The position numbers were made by a program, and so were the translations under genes. DNA of 64,000 nt from Antedon mediterranea (lineage: Eukaryota; Animalia; Echinodermata), in NCBI RefSeq assembly GCF_964355755.1, contig NC_092680.1, forward strand, positions 19,353,045-19,417,044. Direction: 5' to 3'. Below the pieces are notes generated by a model, which did no database searches, was not told the origin of the DNA, and saw only the letters and a program-made list of their open reading frames with translations. Below, in pieces: positions 37,790 through 51,150 of this stretch (positions within the stretch are counted from its first letter, which is position 1; every line of letters starts with the position of its first letter).

Positions 37790-40427
37790 CTACTGATGGC
37801 GCTGTTTTAGTATTACTTCAAAATTGTCCGGAATTCTTGTTGCTCCAATTTTACTGCGTTTGTCAGGCCCTGGTTGAGTATCTGACCAGTTGATCTTGAA
37901 ATTCATCATTATATTGGTGAAAAATAACAATAGCTCTGTGTTAGCTAGCTGTTCACCTATGCAAGAACGACGACCTGTAAACAAGTACGTGATACTGTAA
38001 TTATTATACATGATTTCAAAATACAAATGGAAATTTATATCAATATTTTAGTTTAAAAACAAGATAATTGTACATTGATTTCTGTATCTCTATCTGCTAT
38101 TATGAAATATATCAAGCTGTAAACTAATTTCCATTACGTAATAAAGTACATTGCTCTCTTACCAATACCAAACGGGATCAATTCTTCCCGTCGAATAACT
38201 TGATTGTTGTCATCCAAGAACCGTTCTGGATAAAATGTGTAAGGTTCTTTCCAAACATTGGCATCACGTAGTACAGCGAATAGATTCGGCATGATAATCG
38301 TTCCTTTCTTGATATCATAACCTCTGAAAGTTGTGTCGGCCGTAGCGGCATGTGGCACTGCCATAGGACCGATCGCTCCCATTCTTTGGATCTCCATTAG
38401 AACAGCATCGGTGTAAGGAAGCTGTCGAACATGAGCTTTTGTTGGGTGGTTCCCTGCTCCTACCACTTGATCAAGTTCATCCTGAACCTTCTGCTGAACC
38501 TCTGGATGCTTAGACATGTACATCATTGCCCAGAGGAGTGCCGTTGATGTGGTTTCAGATCCAGCCAAGAATAAATCTCCAATAACACGAGTCATGTTAT
38601 CTTCATCGAAACAAAATTGTCCTTTCGATCTCTCGATTTCTGCTCTGTAAACATCTATGAAGTCACGAGGATTGTCTGGGTCGTAATCTTTCCAATGGTC
38701 TTCGAAGATTTCTCTCGTGAACTCGTTAAAATCCGTTGTACAACTTACAGCATCATCGAATTCTTTATGTGGAAAGTACTGCAGAAAAGGAACAAAATTT
38801 AAAGGTGTAACAGCGGTAGCAATTTGTATACGTTTTTCAATAAAGTGGAGCATTCTCAAAAACCTTTCGTCGTTGTAGTTATATCGACGACCGAATACGA
38901 TTGAGCATGTGATATTCGAGACAGCTACACCGAGAATATTTGCCGGATTCAATGAGACATTGGATAGCTCTTTCTTGATGTGATCAACGAATACATCAAT
39001 TTCTTCGTTAATCTTTTGCTCGAAACTTGTTTTGCCCATACCAAAACCACGAAGCACAGACATTGCAAACCGCCGTTGTTCCTTTTGTGCATTTTCGTGA
39101 TAAGCTCCAACCAAACCTTTTGAAACAAAAATTAGTCATTAGAACCGGTGTTTTTTCTGCTTATTAGCCGACTTCTCCAAATTTGCCTTGGACGATCATC
39201 AGAAGTAACAAGTTATTAGATCTTAAGATGATATGATGGCTAAAGAGGAGGAAGACTTGATAAAATTCACTCGGTGCTTTATATACTGTACTTTTGAGTT
39301 ACTATTGTTATGTTTTCATGGTGAGAGACTATCTAAAAATAAATGTTTGCTACTCAGAAAACGAGTCAATTTCATTTCATGTTATCTTAAAATAAATACA
39401 AGAGTTACGTGGTGTTACTTAAAGGTGTATTGTCCCCCAAAAACATGACAAATGAAGATTAATAACATCATACTTTGAAGAGGTTATTTTGTAGTTTTAA
39501 TCAAGTTAATCACTTTCGTAGAAAAAAAAAACTTAATAAATGACAAATAAATGTAACCAAAACTCACTGGCTGGCAGCCAAGTTGACTATTTTTTGCTTT
39601 AAATTACAGCTTTTCGGGTAAATTGTTCTTCGATCCAATTTTTTATTTTTTCCCCTATTATATGACATAAAGTGACATATTAAACAAAAAATATTTCTTC
39701 TTTAAAGATGTATTGTCCCTTTGACTAATTTCAAAAAAATACAAATTCGAAAAAAGGTGGGTCATTTTGAAGTATCATAATAGTTATTAACTTTCACCAA
39801 AAATTAGTCGAAAAAAAATCATTTAACAGACTGACGTTTTTTTGTTCAAAAAATAACTTTGACTTCCAGTCAAAGTTTTCGATCAAAATCAAACTTGTAG
39901 TTTTTGGCTCGAATTTTCGACTTAAAGTGAATAACTTTAATATTACTTTGATATGGTTAATTTAAATTTAGAATATTTTGACCTTCATTTTTGTTTTTGT
40001 TTCAAGGGACAGTACATCTTTATAGGTTTACTTATAGGATTAGACTACATTATCACTAGAATAGCCTACATTAAAAATAATCACCTCGTCCATGATATAA
40101 ATAATGAAGGATAACCATTCCTGGTCTGTCGCTGAACTTGTCTCCAGATTTGACTAAAGCTTCTCTGATACTCTCGTAGTCACTCAATACGACGACTGGA
40201 AATACACCAAGTTGTAGTCCCATTACATTGTCATATTTTCTTGCCAGTTTTGTTATTGTTTCGTGTGGAGGATCACTTCCTAAAGACAGCAGATGGCCTA
40301 CGAATGGCCATCCTGGTGGCCCTGGTGGAAAATTGGATCGTACACGTCTACGATACAAAATTGACACCAAAAAGAACACTATTATTCCAAGCAAGGCTGA
40401 TTGCCAGTCAAAGTAGGAGAACAACAT
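37790..40427 (-). CDS. Cytochrome P450, CYP2-like (copy E, 493 aa; recent duplicate of D)
   Basis: Exons 40427-40085, 39116-38163, 37974-37790, the same sizes as in D. The true ATG is at 40427 (the ORF-track start at 40460 is a GTG). Confidence 0.95.
39423..40019. mobile_element. Adjacent/nested Kolobok-like elements (K1 then K2) in CYP-E intron 1
   Basis: TTAA|AGGTGTATTGTCCC at 39419; second TTAA|AGATGTATTGTCCC at 39702, ending GGGACAGTACATCT at 40019. Absent from the paralogous CYP-D intron. Confidence 0.8.
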
Positions 40428-42541
40428 GTCAGTATATGTTTGTAATAACTTCACATTCACAAGAAAATAAGAGAGCGACAGTCAACATCGGAAGGAAATA
40501 AGCATAATTGCTTCATAGTGAAGTTATGAACTTTGTTCTTTTATTTATCAACATTATAATAAAAGTAAATAGAACTACAGGATAGTGCTATGTATGTCAT
40601 TACATGTAACCTCGAAAACGACATTCTCAACCATATTTCCTTTGGAAAGCATGTGACATGGTGTAAACCTAATTTTAATAGTTTTTATTCACCATGCAAA
40701 CATTTAAACAATGTTATTTATCTTTACTGTACAGTTTTTTTTTTCTTTTGTCAACGTCAGTCTTAATAGACTATGTATACAACGTCCGTCGCGAACGACA
40801 GTGTCATCTTAGTCTTACAATCTGAATGATGACTAAGCCAGGACTGTTTAAAGCACCTTGATTGGTCCTAACATTGATCAAGGGATTCTCTCGCCTCCAG
40901 TGCCCGCATTCAGAGGAAAGGCTGTACATGTAATATAGATCCAAATAAGATCATAAAACACATGGACAGTATTTATGTTTTATTATAAATACACAAAACA
41001 AGAAAGAAACAGTGTTCCAATTTGTCTTTATTGAGTAAAAATCATTGAAAAAAAAAAGATTTGACAGATTTGATGGGTAGCATCTATAAACGGGCGTTCC
41101 CTTAATTTACAAAAAGTTTTAAAATATGTTCGTAATTTGTAATTGCTGTATATACCGTTACGTATGCATTGGCTTTCAAATAATAATATGCACAGTAGTA
41201 ATACGTTTGTATTCGGTGATGGCCACATCAATCCTGTATGATAAAAGTATAGAACAATTATCCCGGTTAAGCTAAATTACTAAATTAGCGATAATTTGTC
41301 AATTTACCGGGTAATAAGTAAGCCTGAACAGGATTATTATGAATCATAAAAAAAAGCAGTAACGAAAAATGTATACAAATTAAGTGCAGTCTTAGTACAG
41401 CCGTTTCTTCAATTTGTGATTTTATATTACACAATACAATCATATTATTCAACAATTACAAATTTGAGAGAGCATTGATATCTACAATTCACTAATTAAA
41501 TACAATTATAACCCATCTTTAGCAACAATTAAATGCATTATACCACTCAAACCCTATGCTAATTGAAGATCTTTCATTTTCGACGGCCTAGAACCTAGAA
41601 TCCGCCATCACATCCCATCTGAAGGGTGGGGGAGTGAGTATTGAGGGGACAGCACTTCATTTTTACCATGTTTAGGCCCTCGGTCTTTCTCACTTCCTTA
41701 TTTCAAAATGCTGGTACGGACAAATCCCAATGTCCCCACATACGCGAAATGAATTTAAATGACGTAACTAGTTCCCAGGTCGTCGAAAAGTTGAAAGCTT
41801 CATGAGGTACGGTAAGGTTACCTGAACGGGAAGCCTTATGAAAATAGAGGTATTATGATGGACTGGTAACTGAAACCAAACAAAAGCAAATAGGATAGAT
41901 TAATACAGTGGGCTCAGTGTCGTAGCATAAAAATTGCTAAATATATAAATTGTTAAAATCCAGTCAAGAAATTGTAGGCAAGTACAAAAATTCTAAATAC
42001 TATTCTAAAAAGAAATAATTCGCAATATATATATGTATTTATACAATGAACTCCAATTGTATTCGAATTATACAATGTTGACAGATTCCCACCCCGTCTC
42101 GCCCCCACCCCGTCTCGCCCCCATCTCGTCCCACAACGTATTTGCAGTTTTGAAAACAAAATTATATTATACATTACAGAATTGTTTATTTTATCAGAAT
42201 TTATAAATAGAATTTTATTCTGATTTTGTACAATTATACCAGTAAATTTAATACCATTGTATGGTATTTTTCATAATTAACAGCATAGCCTATATGTCTA
42301 AATCATTTTATAATATAATTTATTTATTATTTATAATCAGTTGCAATTAATCACATTCATTAAGATTTTTTTTTTCTTAACAAAAATAAATTTGGAAATC
42401 CAAACTACAGAAATACATCCAAACTAAAAACTAATGAACAACTTTAATAATAGACTAATAATGTACATAATTTGAACAAGTATGAACGGGACATAAGTAT
42501 CTAGTAATAGAGTCCCTGTATTGATTTGTCGTGTCATCTAA

Positions 42542-42667
42542 AGCTTCGTTCCCACTAGGATGCAATGTCACGACAAAGTGCAACGCAAGCGAGTTGACCA
42601 ACGACAAGGAACAGTTTGGATAATCCATCGTTGTGATCTTAAGTACGGTACTAGTGGGAACGAAACT
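42542..42667. mobile_element. Diverged M2-related MITE
   Basis: AGCTTCGTTCCCACTAG ... CTAGTGGGAACGAAACT termini. Confidence 0.65.
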
Positions 42668-43683
42668 TTATAACCAATTAATTTAATAATTAATTATTTT
42701 AATTAATTAATAATTAATTATAACCAACTAATTTTATAACAGAAACAGAAATTACAATCATTATCAACCTTTAAGTACACATATACAACCATATAATTAC
42801 AATATAGATATATTTAGATACAAAACCAATCATAATTTCAGTGAACAATTACTTAAAATGTTTGCATTTTTACACTATTTTGCATTGATTAGGCAATCAA
42901 CATCAGAATCACAATACAACTAGCAATAGGACAAGCCTCACCTAGCAGACCTGCAGAATTTACACACACCAGGGCGCATACCCTACCATACACCATACCA
43001 TACGCCACTGATTAATGCCCCGGTGTGTGTAAACAGCAGAGTTTTACTAGAAAACATGAACGGGGTATATGATGCACATCTTACTGTTTATCTAAGATTT
43101 TAATTTCATGGTATCATTATTTAAGATTTAAACTCTTATATATTTTAGATTAAGATTATTTTTTTACTTTATATATTTTAAGATTTCAAATCTATCTAGT
43201 ATAATATTTGCGAAATTTCAATATATCTTGCATTGTGTCAGTGCTGTGAGAAGTAAAATGATTATGCCTTAAATCAAGAAAAATCATAATTGCAAATCTT
43301 TTTGTAATACCATAAAGTGGAATACATTGAATGCTATAGGAATGAACCGATAATCACACTGTTAATACGAAAGTAATAAATTGCATTGATAATATATTGA
43401 CAGAATAAAGATATACAGGATATATTAAGTGAAACAGTCCAGTCTAAAGGAGGTAACACGAAATTGTGAAGACATTCTTCCCAACTACTAACTATATTGT
43501 GTACTCAACATATAATAGGAATTGGGGAATGAATTTAATTGCATTGTCTAGCTTAATACTCTGACTGTATGTGCTACTGATGAGCAAAAAATGTCAATAT
43601 GAAGTACAAGTTCTTAAAATACAAGTAAGTCCACACACATGACATACACCACACTTTCACTCCAACATCAAGCTCATACTTAA

Positions 43684-43869
43684 TGCCAATTTACAGAGAC
43701 GAGCGGTAACGGTAAGCGGAAAATCGCATAGCTTGTGTCCCACGTAGAATCTGTATCCATCTTGGGCAGAAACTGCCCGTCCGCTCCGCGTTGTGCGTAA
43801 ACAGTCATAACGAATAACATAGATTCTATATTTGTATTACTGTTACCACTCGTCTGTGTAAATTGGCCT
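43684..43869. mobile_element. Harbinger-type MITE
   Basis: TIR GCCAATTTACAGAGACGAGCGGTAAC / GTTACCACTCGTCTGTGTAAATTGGC. Confidence 0.65.
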
Positions 43870-43924
43870 TTATTAGGGGGCGCGGGTGACGGTTGAGGGT
43901 TTGTTCAATTCAATAACCCTCTAA

Positions 43925-44103
43925 AGCTTGGTTCCCACTAGAACGTAACGCAAGGACGTAAACGCAACGCAAGCGTTTTAACCAATGACAAGCGAAGTTA
44001 TAGACAGTTAGCAATCACAAGCGAATAAGCCATCGCTTGTGATTGGTCAATTCACTTGCGTTGCGTTACGTCCTTGTGTTGCGTCGCTAGTGGGAACCAC
44101 GCT
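43925..44103. mobile_element. 179-bp MITE, family M2 (inverted relative to 5065-5243)
   Basis: TAA TSD on both sides; same length and near-identical sequence. Confidence 0.9.
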
Positions 44104-45444
44104 TAAATCTATGCACCCATAACACACAGTACACGTTCATACAACAAACACAAACATCTATTCCACTGTTCACTCCGACAATTAATCAATCTCTCAAAAT
44201 CGAAGGGACCACGTCAAAATTGTTTTACTGCAGTTACAGCAGCAACTACATATTGTATATTCAACTGTATATACACTTATTTTCTTATTTTTGTGTATTT
44301 GTTATTGGACTAACAAATGTATTGTTTTGGTTCTAGGCATGCACTCATAACTTTCATGTTTGCCGTTGTGTCAATTATCCCTTAACAATTCTCAACATTT
44401 ATTATTCTCTCCTTCACTTCCCCTCCCAAAAAGCCCTTTTCACATACTAACATGTTCAACATTTATCTACTTAATTCAACACTAATAAAAAGCATTGGAA
44501 CTGTGAAAAAATATATGTTGCTTTTTAAAAATTCTACTATGCTTGTACAACTTAAATAGTGCATCGTGAATCATCAAATATAAATATTGCTTTAATATTT
44601 ACGATAAAATTCATCAATAATATATAAGTATTATATCATAATTTTAGTAAATTTTAACTTCTTTTATATGAAAAATAAGCTGCACATATTTGAAGAAAAA
44701 AAATATGATTATTGCAATTGTTGTTTTATCGTTTGATTGCTAAGCAAATCATATTTGATATATAGAAATATTATAGATAATAGTAATAAATTTAGACTTA
44801 TTTAGCGAATTTTTGTATAAAGCTTCAATTAGCTTTCACATATAAAGGTATGCGCATAGTTTCAATACATATATATATATAATCATTATAGGTAACTTTT
44901 TAGTACTTTGTTTAAACAATGTTGGATTAAAAACACACACTTAGCATAGGATTATTACTGTACTACAGCAACACAGTACTCTGTAGGTCTATATAAGACT
45001 TTTAATTAACAGTATTTCATTAAATCACAACAAGGACATCCAGACCGGGTCAATTGATCATACCCTTCTTACCACCCCTGTAATTGAATCAATATTACAA
45101 AATTCAAAGCCAGAACAAATTTATTTATTTGTTTAAAATCAGTTTTTAAACCCATAATAGGCCAACTTATTTTCATCAATAACTGTAAAAGGTATGGATA
45201 CGTCATAGAGACATCAGCTATACAACCATAACCCTTATTTTTAACCTGTGAATATGTTTCAGGGGAAAAAAGCAAAGCTATGCAAAATTGGATAGGTCAA
45301 GGGTCACTATCAATAATATATGGTACTGTACTTATAAAATATTGTTTTACGGCTTTTGTTTTCTACCTTGCGATGATTTTTAATTACATTATGAGTCAAG
45401 CTCAGTCAAGGTGCAAATATTTTTTGCGTAATAATTCTATATTG

Positions 45445-45858
45445 AAGATTTCAACTCCTTGATATCACTATTATAAGAGTTCAACTCCTTGGTGATAACA
45501 CTACAGTTCAACACTTTCATATTGTATTTAAGAGTTCAACTCTCTGATGTTATATTTAAGAGTTCAACTCTCTGATGTTATATTTAAGAGTTCAACTCTC
45601 TGATGTTATATTTAAGAGTTCAACTCTCTGATGTTATATTTAAGAGTTCAACTCTCTGATGTTATATTTAAGAGTTCAATTCTCTGATGTTATATTTAAG
45701 AGTTCAACTCTCTGATGTTATATTTAAGAGTTCAACTCTCTGATGTTATATTTAAGAGTTCAATTCTCTGATGTTATATTTAAGAATTCAACTCTCTGAT
45801 GTTATATTTAAGAGTTCAACTCCCTGATGTTATATTTAAGAGTTCAACTCTCTGATGA
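45445..45858. repeat. 28-bp tandem array (~12 near-perfect + ~3 degenerate copies)
   Basis: Unit AGAGTTCAACTCTCTGATGTTATATTTA at 45531+28n. Confidence 0.95.
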
Positions 45859-45937
45859 CTATTAAATAGTTCTTCCAATATCATATAATTATGGGTTTTT
45901 TGGTAATATATTGGTTATTCAGAAAAAACTAAGTTAA

Positions 45938-46121
45938 ACACATTTTCTGCTTCTTATTAAAGTTTAGTTCATAGATTATAATCTATGAACTATACTTTAT
46001 TCTACATTGAAACCAGAGTTGACACATTTCTGCTTCTTATTAAAGTTTAGTTCATAGATTATAATCTATGAACTATACTTTATTCCACATTGAAACCAGA
46101 GTTGACACATTTCTGCTTCTT
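45938..46121. repeat. 83-bp tandem duplication, each unit with a perfect 28-bp palindrome
   Basis: TAGTTCATAGATTATAATCTATGAACTA at 45965-45992 and 46048-46075. Confidence 0.9.
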
Positions 46122-46193
46122 GTTTGGTTTGCATTGCTAAGATATTGTAAGATAAAATGCTTTTTAAAAAAGATAAAAATTGATCATACTTCA

Positions 46194-49184
46194 TCAAACA
46201 ACACTAATGTATGAATCAACTACGTGCTTTCTGTTATCATCATCTTCAAAAACAGGTAACATTGCTACATATGTATTCTTCTTCTCCATATCTGATGATG
46301 AGTGTGCAGCAGTTTCTGGCTGTGGATCTTCGGTTGCGTGTGGCATGCACGGCCCAAGAACGGTTAGAAAGACCGGTAAAAACACAAGTCCGTGAAGCGC
46401 GCCAAACACCATAACTAAGAAGAGAGTCTTAAAAAAAGTCGTGAAAACATACATTGGAGCTGTACATAAAGCGGACACACCAATTATAGTTGACAGCGCG
46501 CCTTGTAGGATTGGCATACCCAACGAATGAAGAGCGTCTATTGCGCGCTTATTAGGCGTACTCTCGGGTGATGTAACGTACGCGTACGTTATATGAGCTG
46601 TAAAATCTACACTGAATCCAATACAGAGAATAATGTTCATCATTGAGATACCATCTAAACTCACACCCCATAGGGTCATATATCCTATAACAGCTATGTC
46701 AATAGATATAATACAGAAAGTAACCCAGATTGTACATACTGGGTGTGGTATCATAAGCAACGCTACGATAAACATACTAGCTGTAGCAATTCCAAGTGTC
46801 TGTATTGTTGTGGGTAGAACTCCCACATACTGATCATAATGAATGAACGATGAGTGAAAAGCGGTGATGTTATATGGCGTGTCTTCTGCCATTTCGCGCA
46901 TTTGTAACATCATTTTACGCTCTTCAATAGCATCAGTTAAATCACTTGTCAGTACCAAGAAGCGTGATCCTATGATTTCTGTGCGATTTTTGGAAAATGT
47001 AATATCTAAATTAAAACGCTTAGCGTGAGGACTCGCTAGAAATCCTTCAAGCATGATAAAAAACTTCTCTTTACCAACGTCAGTTGTATTTGCTTTCATC
47101 TTTAGGAAGTGAAGAAATGGCCGAATCCAGGACTCTGTAAAACCTTTACACGCGTAGCTTGACGTTTCAAACTTTTGGGTGATTTTTTCAATATGAAATT
47201 GGGTTTCAGGTTCCCAATACGGTAGAGGATCTGTGAATATGATGCTTACAGATGGGCCATAATGCAAAAAGTACTGATCTTTCTTATCATAATATTTGTA
47301 TGGATATGAATCTTCTGCGGCTATGTACTTTAAACGTAAGCCCTCTTGAACCCTAGCGCATCCATAAATGGCAATAAGAAAATACATAATAAATGACGCG
47401 AAAACAAACAATTTTACATACGGCTTCATCAGAAATGGTCCGTAGTATGCACGAAAAAACTTCATAACACGATGTTCAAGATCCACATTAAAATTTCTTG
47501 TGCGCGAGGAAAAACCTCCAGCGCAGAAGATGCGATATAGTCTAGATGGCGCTTCCTCGCGTGGGAGTACTTTTTTACACGAGCAACAGTGTTGATTATT
47601 CAACTCGCGTGCGCCTGTGTAAACCATGCATGCGCCAAAAAACGTAATTTGATAAATGTACATAAAAAGAACGGAAAGGCCTGCGTAGGCACAGAACATT
47701 CGGACACTTGGAATTTTAGTGCTAGCTCCAATTGCAAACACCAATAGATCGGTCAAAGTTGTGATAGTGATTGATACAGCAGCCTCAGAAAATGTTCTTC
47801 CCATTCGATCCTCCAGTGAAAGGTTTTGCTTACATTGTCTCCATGACGCAATCATCAAGAACATATTATCAACACCAATACCTGCCAAGTAGATAATGAT
47901 TTATTTTTTATTATAGATTAAGACAATAGTATTACTAAAAGTGTTTCTATATAATGGTGACACAATCAGTAATGAGGTCAGGATAAGTCATATACAAAAG
48001 AAAACCTTCTCTGGGACACCTCTATTTAGGGTACACAGCTTACCTTATCTCTATTCAAGACAATTTTTAGTTAGCTTATCAATTTTTGTACACATTACGC
48101 ATCACTGAACAATATATTTCAATCATGGTGCCACTACTGCTAAAAAATGTCTACTGCCCTCTATACTGAGAAATAATAATAATAATTTCTACTCACCTAG
48201 AATAAGAAAAGGCATTGATGCCACAACCATGTTGAACTTAATTCCTCCAAAGCTAAGCATGCCAATAGAACTAAGAATAGCCAAACCAGCATTTACAACC
48301 CCAAGAAGACCTAGCCAAGGCCTGCTCAAAACCCAATCACGTTGGATACAAGACAGAATAGCAAACACGATAAGCATTCCAAACGTCGCTGCAAACCGTG
48401 GTATAACCCTTACACTAGCATTCAGCATTTCATCAGCCAGTGATACTGATGTCGCCATGCTGATATCAAGTGTTTTTGATGTTTTGGCTTTTTCTGCGAC
48501 GGAGTCCATAAACCGTCGCTCCCATTCCTTTCCAAAGTCCTTATCACTACCCGACAGCAAGTAGTACATTGACATTGCCCGAGCATTCTTGACCGTAACT
48601 CCGTCACTATAGAATGTAACACCACCCAAATTTTTACCAATAAACCTTGAAACATTATTAACTGTTGTTATTGGATAAGTTAAGTTTAAAGATTTTGATG
48701 TTTCTTTTTCATACAATTTAAATATTGGATTTGTTAGACACGCCCCTTGCCATTTCATACACAGATCAGCGTACGTCTTTTCAGTGCCATTTATAGATAT
48801 CGGCAATTTGCGAATCGCCTCATCTAAATCTTGTAGTTCTCCGAACGTAGCTTCGGATAGAATGTTATTTCCAAATTTTGGCGTCGCTATTAACTCTCCC
48901 CGTTGTATGAATGTTTCTAATGCACGGTTTGGAAGAAATTCCATTCCCTCGTCGCCATTTCGGAATAACCTTCTAGCAATCACTCTGTCGTTTTTACCGG
49001 GACTACCCTCCGGTGTAAACAGATATTCAACATCGTCTTCCACATTGAACTGCAAGAATCCAATGAGTAACAAAAAAACTAAAAATAACGGTAGAAGAAG
49101 AAAAGGTAATGGCTGTCTGGCAAGGAGTCTACCATAGCGACCGAACCATCCACTGATTATTTTGTCAATGCAATCAAACCTCAT
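46194..49184 (-). CDS. PTCHD3: Patched domain-containing protein 3-like (SSD/RND membrane protein, 891 aa)
   Basis: Coding exons 49184-48197 and 47881-46194 (phase-1 GT-AG intron). PFLILG|IGVDNMF, EAAVSITIT..TD, IGFSVDF..H and HGLVFLPV motifs; many TM segments. 5' UTR acceptor at 49260. Confidence 0.92.
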
Positions 49185-51150
49185 AGTGCTGGTAGTCTGG
49201 TCACAATAGCTGCCACTTTCAGGATAATCATAAGAGTCTGAGTGTTGTCATAATTAATTCTGAAAGATATAATTAATTAGATAAATTTAACAATAAATTA
49301 ACTTAATGTTTTAATTATTTGGCATAGTATGTATTTTTATGAATGTTTATGTCTTTATGTCTATTGTCAACAATCTTCTTTTCTTTGTATTTTCTCCCAT
49401 TTCCTTTTAATTAATAGAACTTTCTTCAAACTCTACTACCTTATTTATGATTTATACATTTTTTAGTATTAAAGTATGTTCTGTTAATACTAGGCAGCCC
49501 TTTCATTCCTCTTAATTTGCTGCAATCAAAAACCTGTTTATATGATTAATGAATGGAGATATAAAAGAAAATGTTAATATGACAGGGACAGTTCTACTGT
49601 AGAAAAAAAAATTTTGGGCCTGCTTAAGAAAAGTATTAAGACACAGCACAATTGGTTTGTGTAAATTAAGGCTTTCCACAATCCACAATTAATAAATACA
49701 AATGCTCTGATTTGCAAGAGCAAAACAAATTTGCTTGTGGTCAGAGGTCAGTTCATTTGGCCAGTTTACATAGTACTGTGTAAAGATTAAATCAACTGAT
49801 TGACATATTTTATTATAGGCTAAAAAAAACAAACGATAGAGACAAATTGTAATATTAATAATAATGTTCAGGTTACGTTAAAATTAATACAATTATTTTT
49901 AAATAGGTATACTATTATGTAAACTGTGGTCAGACTATACAATATAAACAATTCTTTTTGAAAATTAAATGTCAACCGGATAAGTGGAGAATAACTAACT
50001 AATCAATTTTACGTCATATCACACATAAAATAATAGAAAACAATCAATAAACTAGAAATCTATGGCAATAATAATGGCATTAGCTACAGTACAACATATG
50101 TCAGTCTGGTATTACATCACAGTGCTTACGTCACATGGCTTTACACAGATGTTCTCTTAACTATATATTCTAATTACCACGAGATGAGTAAAAAGGTTGG
50201 AGTAAGTAATTGCATGGATGGTAGAAGTGCTACCCTCTAGGGCAATGTAATCTCTCAGAAGAACTCGCTTATTATTACCATGAATTATCAAAGAATGCGA
50301 TTTTGAATGTTCATATACTCTATAGTTCCGCTACCGATAACAAATTACAACAAGGTGATGACGTGGGCAGAAAACCGACGATGAATATTAGAATAGATAA
50401 TTTTTTATTCAAATCAGAATCAAGGCAGTAGATTGGTCAGGTGGTTAAGCAGGGAGCCGCAAATAATGCCATAAAAACTGGTTCAAGAATCTTCTCGGTC
50501 TTTGTTAAGGCTTATATAATATGCTTATTTCAAAGAGAATGATTTATTTATTTATTTATTTTTAAAATATCCACAAATCACAGAAAAGAATCTGAATTGC
50601 TTGGGATTTACATAACACAATAACAATTGCACAGATCAATAATATACACATAAAAGGATTTATATGTTGGGGGACAAAATGAAGTGTCAATTAAGATGTC
50701 CCCTGAATAGGGGTTTGAAGTAGAGTTAGCATCCTCAGGGGTATCTCCTGTCACTACATTAACTCCTTGACTCAAACCACTATGAATATCAGGTGGGAAA
50801 ATCTTAGTGTCCTTATTGGTAGATATCAAGATATTTAAAGAAAAAATTGCAAAAGTATTATTTGAAAATCATTTAATTTTAAAGAAAATAATACTGTACA
50901 ATAGTGTCTCGTTTGGTAAGAAGCTTTATTATCACAAGAACTAAATTCTAATTTGTTTATGGTGTACATTCAAATGTAAACATTATACGTGTAGTTCTAT
51001 TTTCCATTTACACTTCAGAACGCTTAAACCACGTCAATCAAATCAAAACATAAATCTAGCTATAAACTAACACTTTAAGGAAAAACGATTATAAAATGAT
51101 GCAATACTGTAAATAACAAAGTCAACCAAATTATGATAAATGTGATAATG

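Noticed and set aside
45531-45858. CRISPR-like regular 28-bp repeat
   Set aside because: Units are contiguous with no unique spacers; no cas genes; eukaryotic context.
19322-48655. Many 60-120-aa ORFs overlapping P450 and PTCHD3 exons in other frames or antisense
   Set aside because: Shadow ORFs of real coding exons.
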